The position numbers and the translations under genes were made by a program. The notes under the pieces were generated by a model. That model worked only from the letters and a program-made list of their open reading frames with translations, searched no databases and was not told the DNA's origin. A stretch of 60,477 nt of DNA, the filler included, from Sphacelaria rigidula (taxonomy: Eukaryota), in NCBI GenBank assembly GCA_964200075.2. It is 5 parts of 5 records of this genome, joined end to end, with 100 filler letters (N's around TTAATTAATTAA, not from the genome) between each part and the next. Parts side by side here need not be neighbours in the genome. Positions count along the whole stretch, not along the records: positions 36,351 to 48,364 come from CAXNAA020004228.1; positions 48,465 to 60,477 come from CAXNAA020004229.1; 3 more parts are not named here. One strand, given 5' to 3'. Positions 36,421 through 49,660 of the stretch are shown here, in pieces; position 1 is the stretch's first letter, and every line of letters starts with the position of its first letter.

Positions 36421-39123
36421 TTAAACCCGTTGTTAGACTGGCCCAGCTCGTGGAAAGAGGAAACAATCAGGGTTCAAGAAGATCTTCGTCCAATTCGTTT
36501 TGTGCCGTGCGCTGGGTTGAACGGCGGCTGTGGAAGGCCCATATTGGTCAGATAGAGGTACACTTTGGACACAATCTGAGATATCACGCGACAAAATGAG
36601 GTATAAATAAACTTAGTAGTGTTCACTAGGTACGCCTACCCTCATTGTCGGAAGAAATAGGGTACTATGCAAGGACCTTGTTTCCCACGCCGACGTTTGA
36701 AAACGTGAAGCCGCGCTCTTTTGTCACGAAAGTTTCTGCACATGTCTGCATGGGCTGTGAGCGTCATGCCTTCGCGTGGGGATTGATTTTTTAGTGGTTT
36801 GGGCCTGGCAAGGACGGTTCCAACCTGCGCGGTTACGTGGGGGAGGGGAATGGGGGAGTCTATGCCCACCTGCGTCTTTTCTCCTTTTGCATTTCGCAGG
36901 CCAGCTAGCAGGACGTAGTGTGTCCTGTGTTGTGATCCAATGTCTAGTGGAAGAAGAAAATGGGAGTAGAACACCCTGCATGTGATGATGGAGGAGACGA
37001 CATCGTGCCGATTGATTGTGCTAAAATGTGTATTGTACCGTGCGTCACTTGTCCCGTATATATCCGTGCTGTCATACTACATACTCCTGTGTTGCCTACA
37101 CAGCTACCTCGCCCTGTCAGGCAGCAGCAAGAAGGTTTTCCATCCATCCGAGATTTTGAAAACGTCTCTGCGCTCTCGGCAGGACTTGATCTAACCTGAC
37201 GCTTGCTTGTTAATCCCCAAGAAACGGAATCAAAGCAAGTGGCTTGTGTACTGACGAATTTGACAAAAAAAATAATACCGACGACAGCATGCTGTGCTAC
37301 ACGTGGGTTGTGCTCTGTCAAAACATTCTGTCACGTAATTCCGTGCTGTTTGAAGGGCATCCGCCCGCTCTTGAGGTACAGTCGCTTTTCAAGCCTCGAT
37401 CAAGTTCAATGAGACTGTTTCGGCCGTGGTGACCACTTTTTCTTCGGCTAGCATCAACGAGAATACGTTGATTTTCTGTATCAGAACTTGGCGAGTTTGA
37501 GCTGATTTTCACTCTTGAACGCACCTTCTGAGGATTCAGTGACACAGGCAACAACTGGGTGTAACAAGAAGAAGGGAGAGAACAAGAAAGCGAACACACA
37601 CAGCAGACAGTAACAACGCGTGGTGTACCGCGCAGTGAGCGGCGCGTGGTGTACGTCCATTCCTTCAGACGGATGTGTCGTTTTTCTTCCCCCGGTTTCC
37701 TTCCGATTTTTTCGTGACTGGCGGCCTCCTCAGGCCCTGTCTGATCTAGAAGGGGAAATCAAGCAAGCAAAACAAGCATGTTGATGGGTCGCTGCGATAC
37801 CATCCCTCCAAAAAAGTGTGGCACTTTCCGGTGAGGTGACTATCCTTTTTGTTAATATATTACTTGGGAATTTTGAAACTTTCTAGCTACAGTATTTGAC
37901 TTCTTTTTTTTCGTTGGAGGGAGGCTCTTCGCCGGGGCCAACATGATCCAGCGGCGCAATCAACTTTGCCGTACAACGTGGTAAATCTGTCACACAGATC
38001 GGACCTGAGTCACAGGCACACATCAATTTCTGATCTCACTGTCCAGCATGAGTCAGTGAATATCTCGACCCGTAGCTATTGATCACCTGAGCGCGACGTT
38101 TTCGGCTCGAGGAAAACTCGGTTTGAAAACTGAACACGACACAGATAGGCGCCATGAAACAAACTAGAACAATTACCGACTTCCTCACGGGCAACGTATA
38201 CTGCACCCACACGGACGGCTCTCTTGTCGTCGAACGGATTGCCGGGAAATGAACCACACTGTGTAGATGAACGACAGCTACGGCCAGGCGTGATGCGCTG
38301 GTCCTGTGGGTGTGAATGTTTGCTCGGGCTGGGTTGTGCAGGTGTAACGTGTTTCAGTCACGTGTTTCGGTCGCGCCGGTTGAGGGCCCTTTCGAACCCT
38401 TTGACCGTGAGCCCCCCGCAGGTGGACGCAGAAAGCCCACGTCACATTTGGGGTTTAGAACTGCTACTTGCGCAACAGACAAACCGTCTGTTGTCATCTT
38501 GTAGATGCTGAGCATACGAGCACGAAAAATGGTCCCGGAGAACCTCTGACTGCTTCCGAGCCACGAATCAAATGTACAGATTTATGGATGCATGCGGAGG
38601 ATACATATGCAGAGTGTATGTTTCCGCTGAGCTGTTTTTAGTTCACGTGGGGTACCTGCTTTCATGGCTTGCAAGTGGCGCACGCTGGTAGCCGCCACTG
38701 ATGCGATATGTAGACAAAGACATAGATTTCCCACATTTTCACCCGCACAAACCCTGGCACTGTCGGGGCAGGGCTTGCACACGTCGGGCGTGTTTTGACC
38801 CTGCACGCATGTCACGTTGTTTCCACTGCACTCGCAGGGGTGAGAGAGAAGACAACACTGTACCGTACTATGCAGCTGTGTACCGCCTTGTACTTCTGCA
38901 CTGTGCGTTTTTGTCTGGCTTTGTCCACCTGTGGTCACGCCCAGGGAGGGTCATGTTTGTTGCATCGGCACCGTCTTGACTTGAAGCATGAGTAATACAC
39001 TGACAGTACAGCAGCGAGCAATGCACTATGGCGTTGTGTGTCATGTGCGTAGAAGGCCTTCTGGGGTTCTCTTGGAGCCGACCTGGCGCATCCTGCATTC
39101 TTGACTAGCTAGCTCCATTTCCC

Positions 39124-40841
39124 CAGGGGTCTACACGTTTTGCGTTCACGTTACGTTTCGTTTGGCACGTTGGAAAAATTAGCGTTACGCTTCGGTACAT
39201 GTAACGTAATATTAAGCGTTTCATGGCACGTTTAACGTCTAATACAAACTTTCAGTGACACGTGTAACGCTCGAGTATAACGTTTCATTCTGTGCATGTC
39301 GCGGCTCATTTACCAGTGTTGTGAGGCGTTGTAACGTGTCGTGTAACGCGTAACGTTACCGTGTACGCGATGCTGACGGTGGCCCATCGTATGTTTTAGC
39401 GTAGGCGCGTTATCTGATTGTGTAACGTTACTTTCTCTGCAGTGTATCGTTCATTCGTTTTTTACCGTAATATTTTCATGTCTCCTCTTTGCTTCTCATC
39501 TTTCTGTTTTCAAATCTCAATATTAAAATGCTTGGTCATTCGCGCGACAGCACACACTGCATGCATAACAGAAAGTGATTGAACGCCGGTTTGAATCGTC
39601 CTGGCATTTCGCAGACAAAACTATGTCGGGTTCTATATATGTATACATGTATACATGTATTCATGGACAAAAACGATGGTTCATCACGGCCGTCGAAGGC
39701 AGGCGTACGTATGTATGCAAATATGTATGTATGACAGGTTTACACCGCGGTCCAGGCAATCAATGGATTCATCTAGCGGGAAAATGATATCCTCCCATGT
39801 AGGGGAAAGTAAAAGTTCACCGACACCTTTTATTATGACCAATTTTGCGTCGTTTTGTTTTATTCGGTAGCCCATTTTTTTCATTCTGAGACGGTTACGG
39901 GTGTTCGCAAACAAAGTAGAGCCTGCACGTGTTCCGCAGTGCAGGCAGAAGTCACATCCTTTGCAGCTGCGTGCACCACCATGTACGTGCACCTGCATGC
40001 AGCCTTGAACCAGTCAAGATGGTGTTGAACTAGAAACATTGCCGACATCACCGCTGCCGAATGCGAGCCTGCTTCCCGTTGTCGCCAACAAATGATCGAC
40101 TACCTCGTGCTACCGTGTATGCAAGGCACAGGGTGTCTGTATCCTTGTACTACTACTCTCTGTTGCATTCGCGAAGTACAGCAACCACCTCGTACTGTGT
40201 TCGCGGGTTCAGCCTGTACTTGTAACCTTGCACTGCAATACTCTGTTCGCGAGTACAGCCTGTACCTGTAACCTTGCACACCTGCGCTTGCAGACTACAG
40301 GCTGCACTTGCAACCTTGCACTACTGTGCTTGCAGAGTACACCCTGTGGTCGGAAGTGCAGTAGAACAAGGTCAAAAGTACAGCCTACACTTGTACTGTG
40401 TATGCAAAGTACGGCCCGAACTTTTAAACTCGTACTGTTAGCAAAATACACGGCCTGCACTTGTACCGCTGTATGGTAGTTACTTTGTTTTCTAGGATTT
40501 CAAAATTCATTGCAAACTTGAAATGTGCACCGCTTCATGTAACGTGCTTTTGACGTTTCATGTAACGTGGAGCGTAATACGAAACGTTTCGAGTAATGTG
40601 AAACGTCCAATGCACGTGTTACGTGCAATAGACGCTACACGTTCCATGAAACGTTTTACATGACGTGTTTCGAACGCTCGGACAATTTGACGTTCACGTC
40701 ACGTTTCGTTTGACAAGTGAGAGAAAATTAACGTTACGTGAACATTTCAGTTGAAAATATAATCTCAACGTTACGTTTTGGACGAAACGTAACGGGAACC
40801 TAACGCGTAACGTTGTGGCATGTGTAACGTGTAGACCCCTG
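39124..40841. mobile_element. 1.7-kb non-autonomous DNA transposon with a 16-bp perfect TIR (hAT- or P-like)
   Basis: CAGGGGTCTACACGTT ... AACGTGTAGACCCCTG; both subterminal ~300-bp regions are dense in AACGT/ACGTT motifs; no clear TSD. Confidence 0.8.
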
Positions 40842-43800
40842 GACTTTTCTGTCAGGAAGAAGCGGGACACCTTGATCGAACGGTTCCCCGTAATTTTGGT
40901 GAGCGATTCGCATCCCCCCACACTGTGAAGCTGTGCTGGCAACACAACTCCAGAAAGGTGGTACAGGCTACGAGGATAAAAGCACACTCTTTGCCCATGT
41001 TTTCCCCGGCTGAGTGGTCGTAATCAAGATAGTCAACTACAACTTCGCTCGAAATAGCTCATCTCACCATGTCTTGGGGCGTGTCTTCGCACATTATTGT
41101 TCGATCGAAAAAATGCGGTGGAAAAGGAAAATTCCGGTGTGAGAGGTCATGATTTCAACTATCGTCGTTCATGTTGACATGACGACCTATCAGATCGGAA
41201 GTTTTGTTTTCCACAGCACTCATTCGATCGAAACAAAATTGCTGAGGGTGCGTCTTAGTATATCAATTTACAAGAAAAAGTTGAAGGTTGAAATCACGAC
41301 CCACCACATCGGAGTTTTCCTTTTCCACCGAACATCTTCGATCGAAAATGATGTGCAAAGACGCGCCATAAGACACTACCTTACCAAACCAATTGCTGTC
41401 GAAAACGTGCGGTGGAGTGGGATTTGCTCGTACCTGATACGTCACCGGCATTCATGTTCTCAAGCATCTGAGAAAAAGGTAACGTGAACGTATGAAAAAC
41501 GAATATTATCGATTTCACCGCACGTTTTCGACACCATTTGTTTTTGGTGTAACTCGGCTTCTGTGGTCCATCTGTGGGGGAACGAAGCGACCATTTTCAA
41601 AACTATCAAAATGGCCACTGCCCCCTCACCTCGGGCCTCTTTTGCCCGATTCAGAATTTTCCGCGCGAAGCTTCCACGCAAAGATGGTTTACTTCATGGG
41701 CTTTCGGCGGTTCGGTGAGCGGGCACCCACCCCCGTCAGTCCTGCGCCGAAATGAAAAAATATACATATTTACAGTACAAGAATCCTCTCGGGGGGGGTT
41801 GGTACGAGCTTCCCGGGGGTGGCGCAAGTCGAAAATATTCGGTGAAAATAAGCTGTTGTATCTCAATGTACAGTAGGCTGTACAAAACATCGCATGTCCT
41901 ATCAAATGTCGTTCGGAAATATGGGAATCCGGAGGGAGGCCGACGGCGGAACTGCCGGCATAGGGAATGTGTGGTATTCCCGAGGTGCCAGAGCACGAAG
42001 TAGCTCTCGTGCTACAAAGACATGACAGTGGGAGGCACTCCCAAAAAATTGGAATGCGTGGAATATTCTTGGCATGTTCTTTGTACATCCCTATGGCTTC
42101 CACGTCACCGGGTATTTTTTTTTCTCGAGAGGGCAAGGGCTGCCGTGCTGCTGTGCCTTGTTCAACTTGCCAACGGCTCATTGCATGGTCTTGTGTTTGC
42201 TGCTGACTAAGGCCAAGGAATGTTCAATCGTTTTCAACTGCTTTGCTCCTATGTTCTCGTGACATTGGTGGCAGTATCGGTGTGTTCGTCCTCGCAAATG
42301 AACGACAACGCGACAAAGAGAAACACGGGGGGGGGGAAACCCGCCAAAAGTAACCCCGTTTGAAATTTTACATGATCTTCAACAAACTTTTGTGGTTCGG
42401 GTACCTGTTTCAAGTTTTCCATGATCTTGGGAAGGCTTGGTTGACCCCGCGAAAAAACACCAGTTTGACCGAATTTCGGTGGCCAAAACACGCGCCACAG
42501 GAAACAGATGACAATCAAACTTATACGGCAATGTACCGCTGAGCCTTCTTAGTGCGCTGCAAAATAAAGCGCGGGAAAAAATGCCTTGCCGCCAGAGGAA
42601 ACTCGGCAAAAGTGGTGAAAAATGTGAAATAATACATGTACATGCACCGGAATGCCCGCCTTGTATTTATGACTGCCCGCACTTGGCCCGCATACAAAAG
42701 TCATTGTATGTTATCAACCGAAACTTTGCTCTGGCATTTCCCGACCGTAGGTAAAGTGACGCTCATGTAGTTCGGTGCACTAGTTGGACACACCACAGCG
42801 GTATATGCACCGGAGAACAGTTCCTATCCGCCAACGAACGAATTCAACTACACCAACACCGACACACGGGCGATTGGCTCCCACAACGGCCATCTCGCAT
42901 CCCAGACCCTGCGCACAGCGAGCGAATGCAGACGTGGTTATGGTGGTGCACTCACTTCCACATCATGATCACCCGGGAGGGTACAGTGCTAGCATACACA
43001 CATAGATCAGTACTGGCGCACCCTCTGGATAACGACAACCTGTAGAAAAGTCATGCCGGTTTCGTCTGTAGAGATGCTCAGGGCGAGAGGCACGGTCGTA
43101 GGCGCGCTGTCGTTGCTGCAGGGCGCTGAAACTTCGGCCATGTGCCATGCACACCACAATCAAGGAGCCCAAACGTTTGGATATAAGGTGGGCGCTGCGA
43201 CAGTGAGCGAGGGGATGAAAAAACTCAGATTCTGTTCCGAAAATGTTCGATTGTGTGTTTGAAAAGAATCGAGCTTGTGTGCAGAAGCGGATAGGAATTT
43301 TCCAGATCTGCATTGCGGTTGAAGTATCTTTAAGTTATTGAGGAACAGATGTGATGTGATCGAGTGCGTGAGTCAGTTCAGAGTCTCAGTGTGTAGGAAG
43401 CAGCCGAGGTACAAGGGCAGGTGCAAGCACGACTAAGCGACAGTAGTGGGTTGTGGAGTAAGCCCAGGGGGTGTGAGTTACGGGATACGCGCGTCGCGAC
43501 AATCAGCGAGTTACAACATCTCGAATCGCTGCCGTAGCTCGTGCGTCCCGAGTGTTTTCTGAAGTTTTCATTTGCAGTTCTCACGGCTCTGACCAACATG
43601 CCGTCATCAGGAGGAGCATACGAGCTGGGCCAGCCTAAAAACGGATTTAAGCTCCAAAAGCAATATCTCATCGACACAGACGAGTTGGGCCGTGATCCGC
43701 ATCCTATCCTATCCTATATATTATTAGGGATTAGGGATCCTATATCCTATATATTATTAGGGAAAATGATCCTCCGCTCCATACTGGGATCAAGTAAGCG

Positions 43801-44636
43801 TGTGATCCTTCTCGGAACACTAATTTACGTCAAACGCACGGACTGAAGAGGAGATAAACAGTCACCCTGCTCTATCAAACTGCAAACGCTTCAACAGCGA
43901 ACCACAAACAGAGAGAGCCGAAATAAATGGAACAGAATGGACGTTTCAACAGCGAGAGCCCCCAAAAAATAGAGCAGAATAGTTTACTTTCAAGAGACCA
44001 AGAGAACAGACAACGAACAGCGGGAGCCGAAAAAGAAAAAAATAGACATTTCGAAGAGACCGTAAGTAGCGAGAGCCGTAAAAAAATAGAACATAATAGA
44101 TGCCAATCGCGTACGACAAGTTTTAGCCTGCTGGTGGACATTCGTCCGTCTGTGCGGGGGGTTCGCTTCGCTGGTCCGCTGCCGTGTCGTGTGCTCCGCG
44201 CGCGATATGATACGCGCGATATGATGCGCACGATATAAAACTGCATCATTGGGTGCGGGCGATAGTACCCAAGTGGACAACAACTCTGTTTGCAAGCAGA
44301 GGAGGCCCGACCAAGTCATGACAACCGCCGTCAATCAATCCAGTAATTCCTCACCGTTTTATCGTACCGCTCATGGTTACGCCCACCGATTCCTTTCAGC
44401 TAGCACCACCGTCCCATCATGAGCGGGTTTCTCCGGCAAGTATGGCATTGAGTAAACACCGGTTGTTCGTTCGCGTAAAACCAAGCGTGATGCGCTTGTG
44501 GCTTGTTCTGTCCACCAAAATGCCCCCACGTGAAACCAGGTGTGCTGCACGTGTGGCGTGTTTCGTCGCGTTGGGTTGGAGCTGTTGGGTTGTAGACGTG
44601 TAACGTCCATCAGTCCGAGGTCAGTCATGTGTTTAA

Positions 44637-44734
44637 CCCTTAGACCGCGAGGTAAGTCTTCTGTTGAATCGGCATCAATATCAACTGAAAAGAAGGATGC
44701 ATGATCCAGAAAGACTAATCTCGCGGTGTAAGGA
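44637..44734 (+). mobile_element. 98-bp TTAA MITE, copy 3
   Basis: TTAA|CCCTTAGACCGCGAGgtaagtctt...aagactaatCTCGCGGTGTAAGGA|TTAA; imperfect TIR of about 24 bp. Confidence 0.8.
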
Positions 44735-45769
44735 TTAAGTCGTTGAAATCTCCAGACCTCTCTCCTACTACAAGAGGTTTTAAAACTCAGCTCCCGGTAT
44801 AATGGTGTATTCGCTGGGTCTGAGTTGTGCAAGGTTTTTTCGAGTGAAAGTGACCGCGATTCACGAGAGGACCTGACCTGGCAGTCAAACGGTCTCATCA
44901 TCTGATGAATCGGCATCACTTTCACTTGAAAAAATAGAACAAAACAAACCAGGATACCGGGAGCCGAGTTTGAGATACCTCTACTAAGACCACTTTGTAT
45001 GGCAGTCGAAAAAACGGATCTGTACTCAGATCAGGGGACCTCAGATCCGGAAATGCATTGTATGGGCACCAATTTGAATCAAATCGGGGAAGCTCAGATT
45101 CGTTTGTCACGATTTCAGAACGGTTTTACACGAATCTGAGCCCAGATCTGGGAAAATCGAGGTACCCCGACTCTCCAGCAACTGGAGTACGAATGTTGAC
45201 GTACAATGATACGGCAACAGGCGTTTGGTATTTTTGAAACAATAGCAGCAGACAGTCTCGTGACAGCACAGACAGTGCCTGCAAGCGCCGGCTGCTGGAG
45301 CAGCTCCGCACGGGGTTTGGCAAGCGGATAAGAAGTGTTGACGCCGTACCTGCGGTGATGGCAATTTTTTACGCTGCACTGTACTGATGTATGTATGATC
45401 ATGGCGAACGGTACTGTACAACCCAGCACTCTGCTATCGCGGTACTTGCAGGGTGATTCATGACACTGCACTCGTGAACCCTTGCCGCACACTGTGCACT
45501 GTTCTCGCAATGCCGACTGTACCATCATGTGTTACCACAGGGTATTATCGTGCACTGTGATTGTGGAGTGTACTGCACTGCATCTTATCCTAGAGTGTCA
45601 TGGTACGGCGCTGCTCTTGAAGGATGATTCCCTGCCTCCCTGTTCTTCGGCTTCACTGTGATACCACACCTGCCAAGAAAATGACCGTTCGTGTACAGAA
45701 CGACTTCAGACATCTGTGAAGCCATACAGGGGTATACACAAAAAAAAAGCGTAGAGATTGCGGACAAAT

Positions 45770-45920
45770 TCCGCAGAAGGAAGGTAGGGTACTAGAAACA
45801 AATATAAGAGAAAAAACTTCTGTGTTGGCCTTCCTCCTGTGTGAGCGCGGCTGATCCGCCCAGATATACCGAAAGGTGCGGATTGGCGTCCAGAATACAT
45901 GGCATGGCAACACACACAGA
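45770..45920 (+). mobile_element. 3' half of the tRNA-derived SINE
   Basis: ccgcagaagg...tgtgttggccttcctcctgtgtg...caacacacaca; another fragment lies at ~47160-47250. Confidence 0.7.
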
Positions 45921-46115
45921 GGGGAAGGGACCTCTGGAGAACTCTTCTCACGAATATAAGGGAAGGCAAGTACCGCAGAAGGAACGCGGACTTCGCAAAA
46001 TAAAATTAAAACTCCGGCCTTGCTCTGTGAACGTCTCCTGTCTTGCCAGTACGTGCCTCTCTGTCTTCAAAATACAAAATAACGAAAATAAGAACAATAC
46101 CCAGTAGTAGTGGTC

Positions 46116-47112
46116 GGTCGTCCCAGTGGCCTAATTGGTACCCTCGAATCCTTCTGACGGTTGGGTCGTTGGTTCGAATCTCAATGAAGTAACACGAACT
46201 GGAATTTCTCTCACGCCATACCCAACAGTGGAGAGCGACTATGTCGTGGGTATCCGAAGTTCGACTCCATGGTCGACGAGGGAAAGGGACTGCTGAATCC
46301 CTCTCGCGATGAAAAAATAAGGCCAGCACCAGGGGGCAGCGCGGAGAAAGTTTTCGGACACTTTCTCCCCGCCCCCCCCCCCGGGGGATATATTTTCGAA
46401 AATTGTCATGTTTGTTTTTGTTAACTTTGTCGCATCGCAAGAAATTGATCAATGAACACTATTTTTTTTTCCTGTGACGTTTGTCACAAGAAATTGATGA
46501 ATAAACACAGACCAAAACCGAAACCTCTGGTGGGCTCTGCCGAGTTTGTATATTTGCCTCTGCTCTTTTATATATATATTGATATAAGTATGTACCAGAT
46601 ACTTCTTGAAAGAAAAATGTAAAGGAGCATACGTACCGTGTATGATATATACTTCGTATAATATAGTACGGCATATAAATTATAATAGGGTATATATTAA
46701 GGAGCAGAAGTATACATTAAATATATGATGCATAACATATCATTTATCATACACTTTATAAGGATCTCTACTGTCGACAGCAGCTGACCGTGTCCGCCAA
46801 CGCTTCGGAAACAAAACAGGGCACACACGGCCGGGGGTTCCCTCCCCCCCCAAAAAAACGAACAAACAAACAATTTTTCGATTTCGGGGCCTACGTGTCC
46901 CGGATTCTATTTTTCGCTGCCCCCTGCAAGCACCGCAGAATGAAGGCGGAGTACTGAAACAAAATAAAGAATAATGAAACTCCCGTGTTGACCTTCGCCT
47001 TGCGTGCCCCCCGCTGATGCCCCCACACCCACATAGATATACCGAAATGAGGTGTAGACTGCTGGAGTCCAGAATAATAGATGGGGTGACAACACACACA
47101 CATACACACATA
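46116..47112 (+). mobile_element. tRNA-derived SINE split by a DNA-transposon insertion
   Basis: Pol III A-box TGGCCTAATTGG (46127-46138) and B-box GGTTCGAATC (46171-46180); body runs to 46329, resumes at ~46927 and ends in a CA-rich tail. Confidence 0.8.
46330..46926. mobile_element. ~600-bp non-autonomous DNA transposon with a 12-bp perfect TIR and a TSD
   Basis: CAGGGGGCAGCG ... CGCTGCCCCCTG; flanks ccagcac / caagcac; AT-rich interior. Confidence 0.85.
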
Positions 47113-47283
47113 CCGCACTGCTTACCGACCGACAGATACCGTACGCACCGATGCCCATCGCAAAAAGAAGGTGGAGTACTGAAAACAAAATGAAAAACTC
47201 CGGGGTTGGCGTTCCTCCTGTGTGGCCCGGGCTGGCGCACCCACACATGCCCCTACTCTAAGATAAACTGGCGTCCACTAACA

Positions 47284-47683
47284 CAACAGTGGATTCCCGC
47301 AAATGGGGTTGAAAAATTGAAGGAGGTTCCACCAAAATTCATGACAAATGGCTTTAATATGGACGACTTCATCCCTCTCGACCTCCCGCAAACTATTTCG
47401 GTGGATTTCTAGCCTTCCGTCCCCCCGAAGAGTATGCCCGAAAGCACACTATCACCTCGATTTCGGGTTAAAAAAGGACCCTTCTTGGACCAAAAAATAT
47501 GCTTTCGCACACACACTTTCGGGGTACGGAAGGCTAGGAATCCCCCGAAATAGTTTGAGGGAGGTCGGGACGGATGAGGTCGTCCATGTGAAAGCCATTT
47601 GTCATCAACTTAGGTCAGGGAGAGCACGGCTTTTGAGTTGGACCTCATTTGTTTTTCAACCCCACCTGCGAGAACCCCCTGTG
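47284..47683. mobile_element. 400-bp foldback MITE
   Basis: Inverted arms of about 170 bp (atgacaaatggcttt...tggacgacttcatcc...aaactatttcgg...ctagccttccgt and its complement). Confidence 0.8.
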
Positions 47684-47989
47684 CACTGTCAGTGCGAACA
47701 GCGGATGGTGGATGAAACTGGGCCATGTTTCTGTTGGCAGGTTCAACTCCAACAAGCAGCGCTGCGGAAAATTCCATTACTGCAGATAGATGTCAGCATA
47801 GATATACAACACACTGCTCCACACCATCCCGGCATATCTGCACCACGTGCATGCAACGCACACTTACTTCTGTCCCCATAACGACGATATAGGAGAGGAA
47901 CCGGATCTAAGTATATTCACAGAAAGAATCATACAAAAAACCGTGGTCCTCGGCGATGTGTGCGGTACGAGTAATAAATACGACCGGCC

Positions 47990-48332
47990 TAACCCCCCCC
48001 CCCTCCCCCAGAATCTCCCTGAAACTATTTGGGGGGTTTCGAGGCTTCCGTTCCCCCACAGGGCATGGCCATGTGCAACAAACCATTATCGGGCTAAAAA
48101 GCGCCCCCTTTTTCACCCCCAAATCGAGACCAAAATGTGTTTTCGCACATACCCTCTGCGGGAACGGAAGGCTAGAAACCCCCCAAATAGATTCGGGGAG
48201 ATCGGAGTGGATGAGGTCGTCCATATATGAAAGTAATATGTCACTACTTTAGGTCAGCAAAGCACTGGTTGAAGTTGAACTTCATTTTAATGTTCAACCT
48301 GGTGTAACCCCATTTCGCAGGATCCTCCGTTG
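47990..48332. mobile_element. Second, diverged and partial copy of the foldback MITE
   Basis: cggaaggctagaaaccccccaaatag...ggatgaggtcgtccat matches 47528-47588; ends ggatcctccgttg. Confidence 0.7.
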
Positions 48333-48364
48333 AGAGTGGTATATCGTCGGTGAGGTATCGTCGA

Positions 48365-48464
48365 NNNNNNNNNNNNNNNNNNNNNNNNNNNNNNNNNNNN
48401 NNNNNNNNTTAATTAATTAANNNNNNNNNNNNNNNNNNNNNNNNNNNNNNNNNNNNNNNNNNNN
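48365..48464. other. Artificial contig linker
   Basis: Same 100-bp spacer. Confidence 0.97.
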
Positions 48465-48645
48465 TGGGTCCGGGTAACATGAAGTTTTCAACAGTCAAGT
48501 GTGTTGACCGCGCTGCGTCCCGACTGATACTAAAGGTTACAGACAGACGAACACAACAATACAGTACATCAAGCAATCTCAGCGGAGACCAAACCGTCTA
48601 ATCAAGTAATTACAGACTTTTTAATACTTCAGCGCACGTTTTAGC

Positions 48646-48967
48646 ATTTCCTTACGCCGTTTTTTCGTGTTAGACCACGAAAATTTGCACACTTTTTCTG
48701 GAGGGCACTATCTTAAACTCGAAGACCGGATTTTTTGGGGGTTTTCGTCGGTGGCTTTTTATCCAAGGTCGTGGTTTACCTACTTGACCGGGGGAGGGGT
48801 CAGATCCCGACTATCTCGACACCAACAAAAAAAAGGAAGAACCCTGGTCTTCGAGTTTTAGATAGTGCCCTCAAGAACCTGAGTGCAAATTTTCGTGGTC
48901 TAACTCGAAAAACCGGCGTGAGGAAATCCTGGGGAATGAATTTTGGGCGTTTAATCTGAACCAGCTC
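48646..48967. mobile_element. Foldback MITE (left arm truncated)
   Basis: ttagaccacgaaaatttgcac...gagggcactatct..aactcgaagacc pairs with ggtcttcgagtt..agatagtgccctc...gtgcaaattttcgtggtctaa. Confidence 0.75.
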
Positions 48968-49328
48968 GTGGGGGTTTTACAGTGGGAAAAATGTAGCAAA
49001 AAACGAGTCGCAAAAAATCGGTCAGTCGAATTTTTTACCCGGGGCAGAAACCAAATTCACGAAGTGAAATTGGAATAATGATGACTAGCACTTTTTACTG
49101 AAACTGATATCAAAGAGGATGCTAAGTATGAAGTATGCGTATGGGTATGTACTGCCGGGGCTGGGGCAGGTAGGTTCATGCACCTGCACGTTTTTTTGTT
49201 TTTTGATAGCCATCATTTGCTCATACTCATTATAGCCTGTGATCTCATTGATGGCCACCGTTTGCCCATATAGTCTACATAGTCCGTGAAGTGACGTAAC
49301 GAAGTCGCCAGCGGCCATGGTTACTCAT

Positions 49329-49660
49329 CATACCCAAGTGATACTCTATACCTGAGTGTTACTAAGGTGACTTACCCTGTATTGAATAGAGTACTGAAGG
49401 TCATGCCGAAGTGATTCTGTATACTCGAGTAGTACTGAAAGTACTTACCCAATATTGGGTGGAGTATTTGAAGTCATGCCCAAGTGATACTCCATACCCG
49501 GGTATTGCCAAGAATGCTTACCCGATATCGGGTAGAGTATTTGAGGTCGTTCTCAATCCACCCAAAAATTGGGTACAGTATTAGAGGCCGCACCCAATCT
49601 ATCCAACATTGGGGTAGAGGATTGAGGCCGTACCAAATCTACCCAAACGTTGGGTAGCGT
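49329..49660. repeat. Degenerate 73-bp tandem repeat (3 copies) followed by shorter related units
   Basis: cat(a/g)cc(c/g)aagtgat at 49329, 49402 and 49475. Confidence 0.7.

Noticed and set aside
46116..46190. tRNA gene
   Set aside because: A and B boxes are present but no convincing cloverleaf, and it continues into a dispersed repeat body, so it is a SINE head
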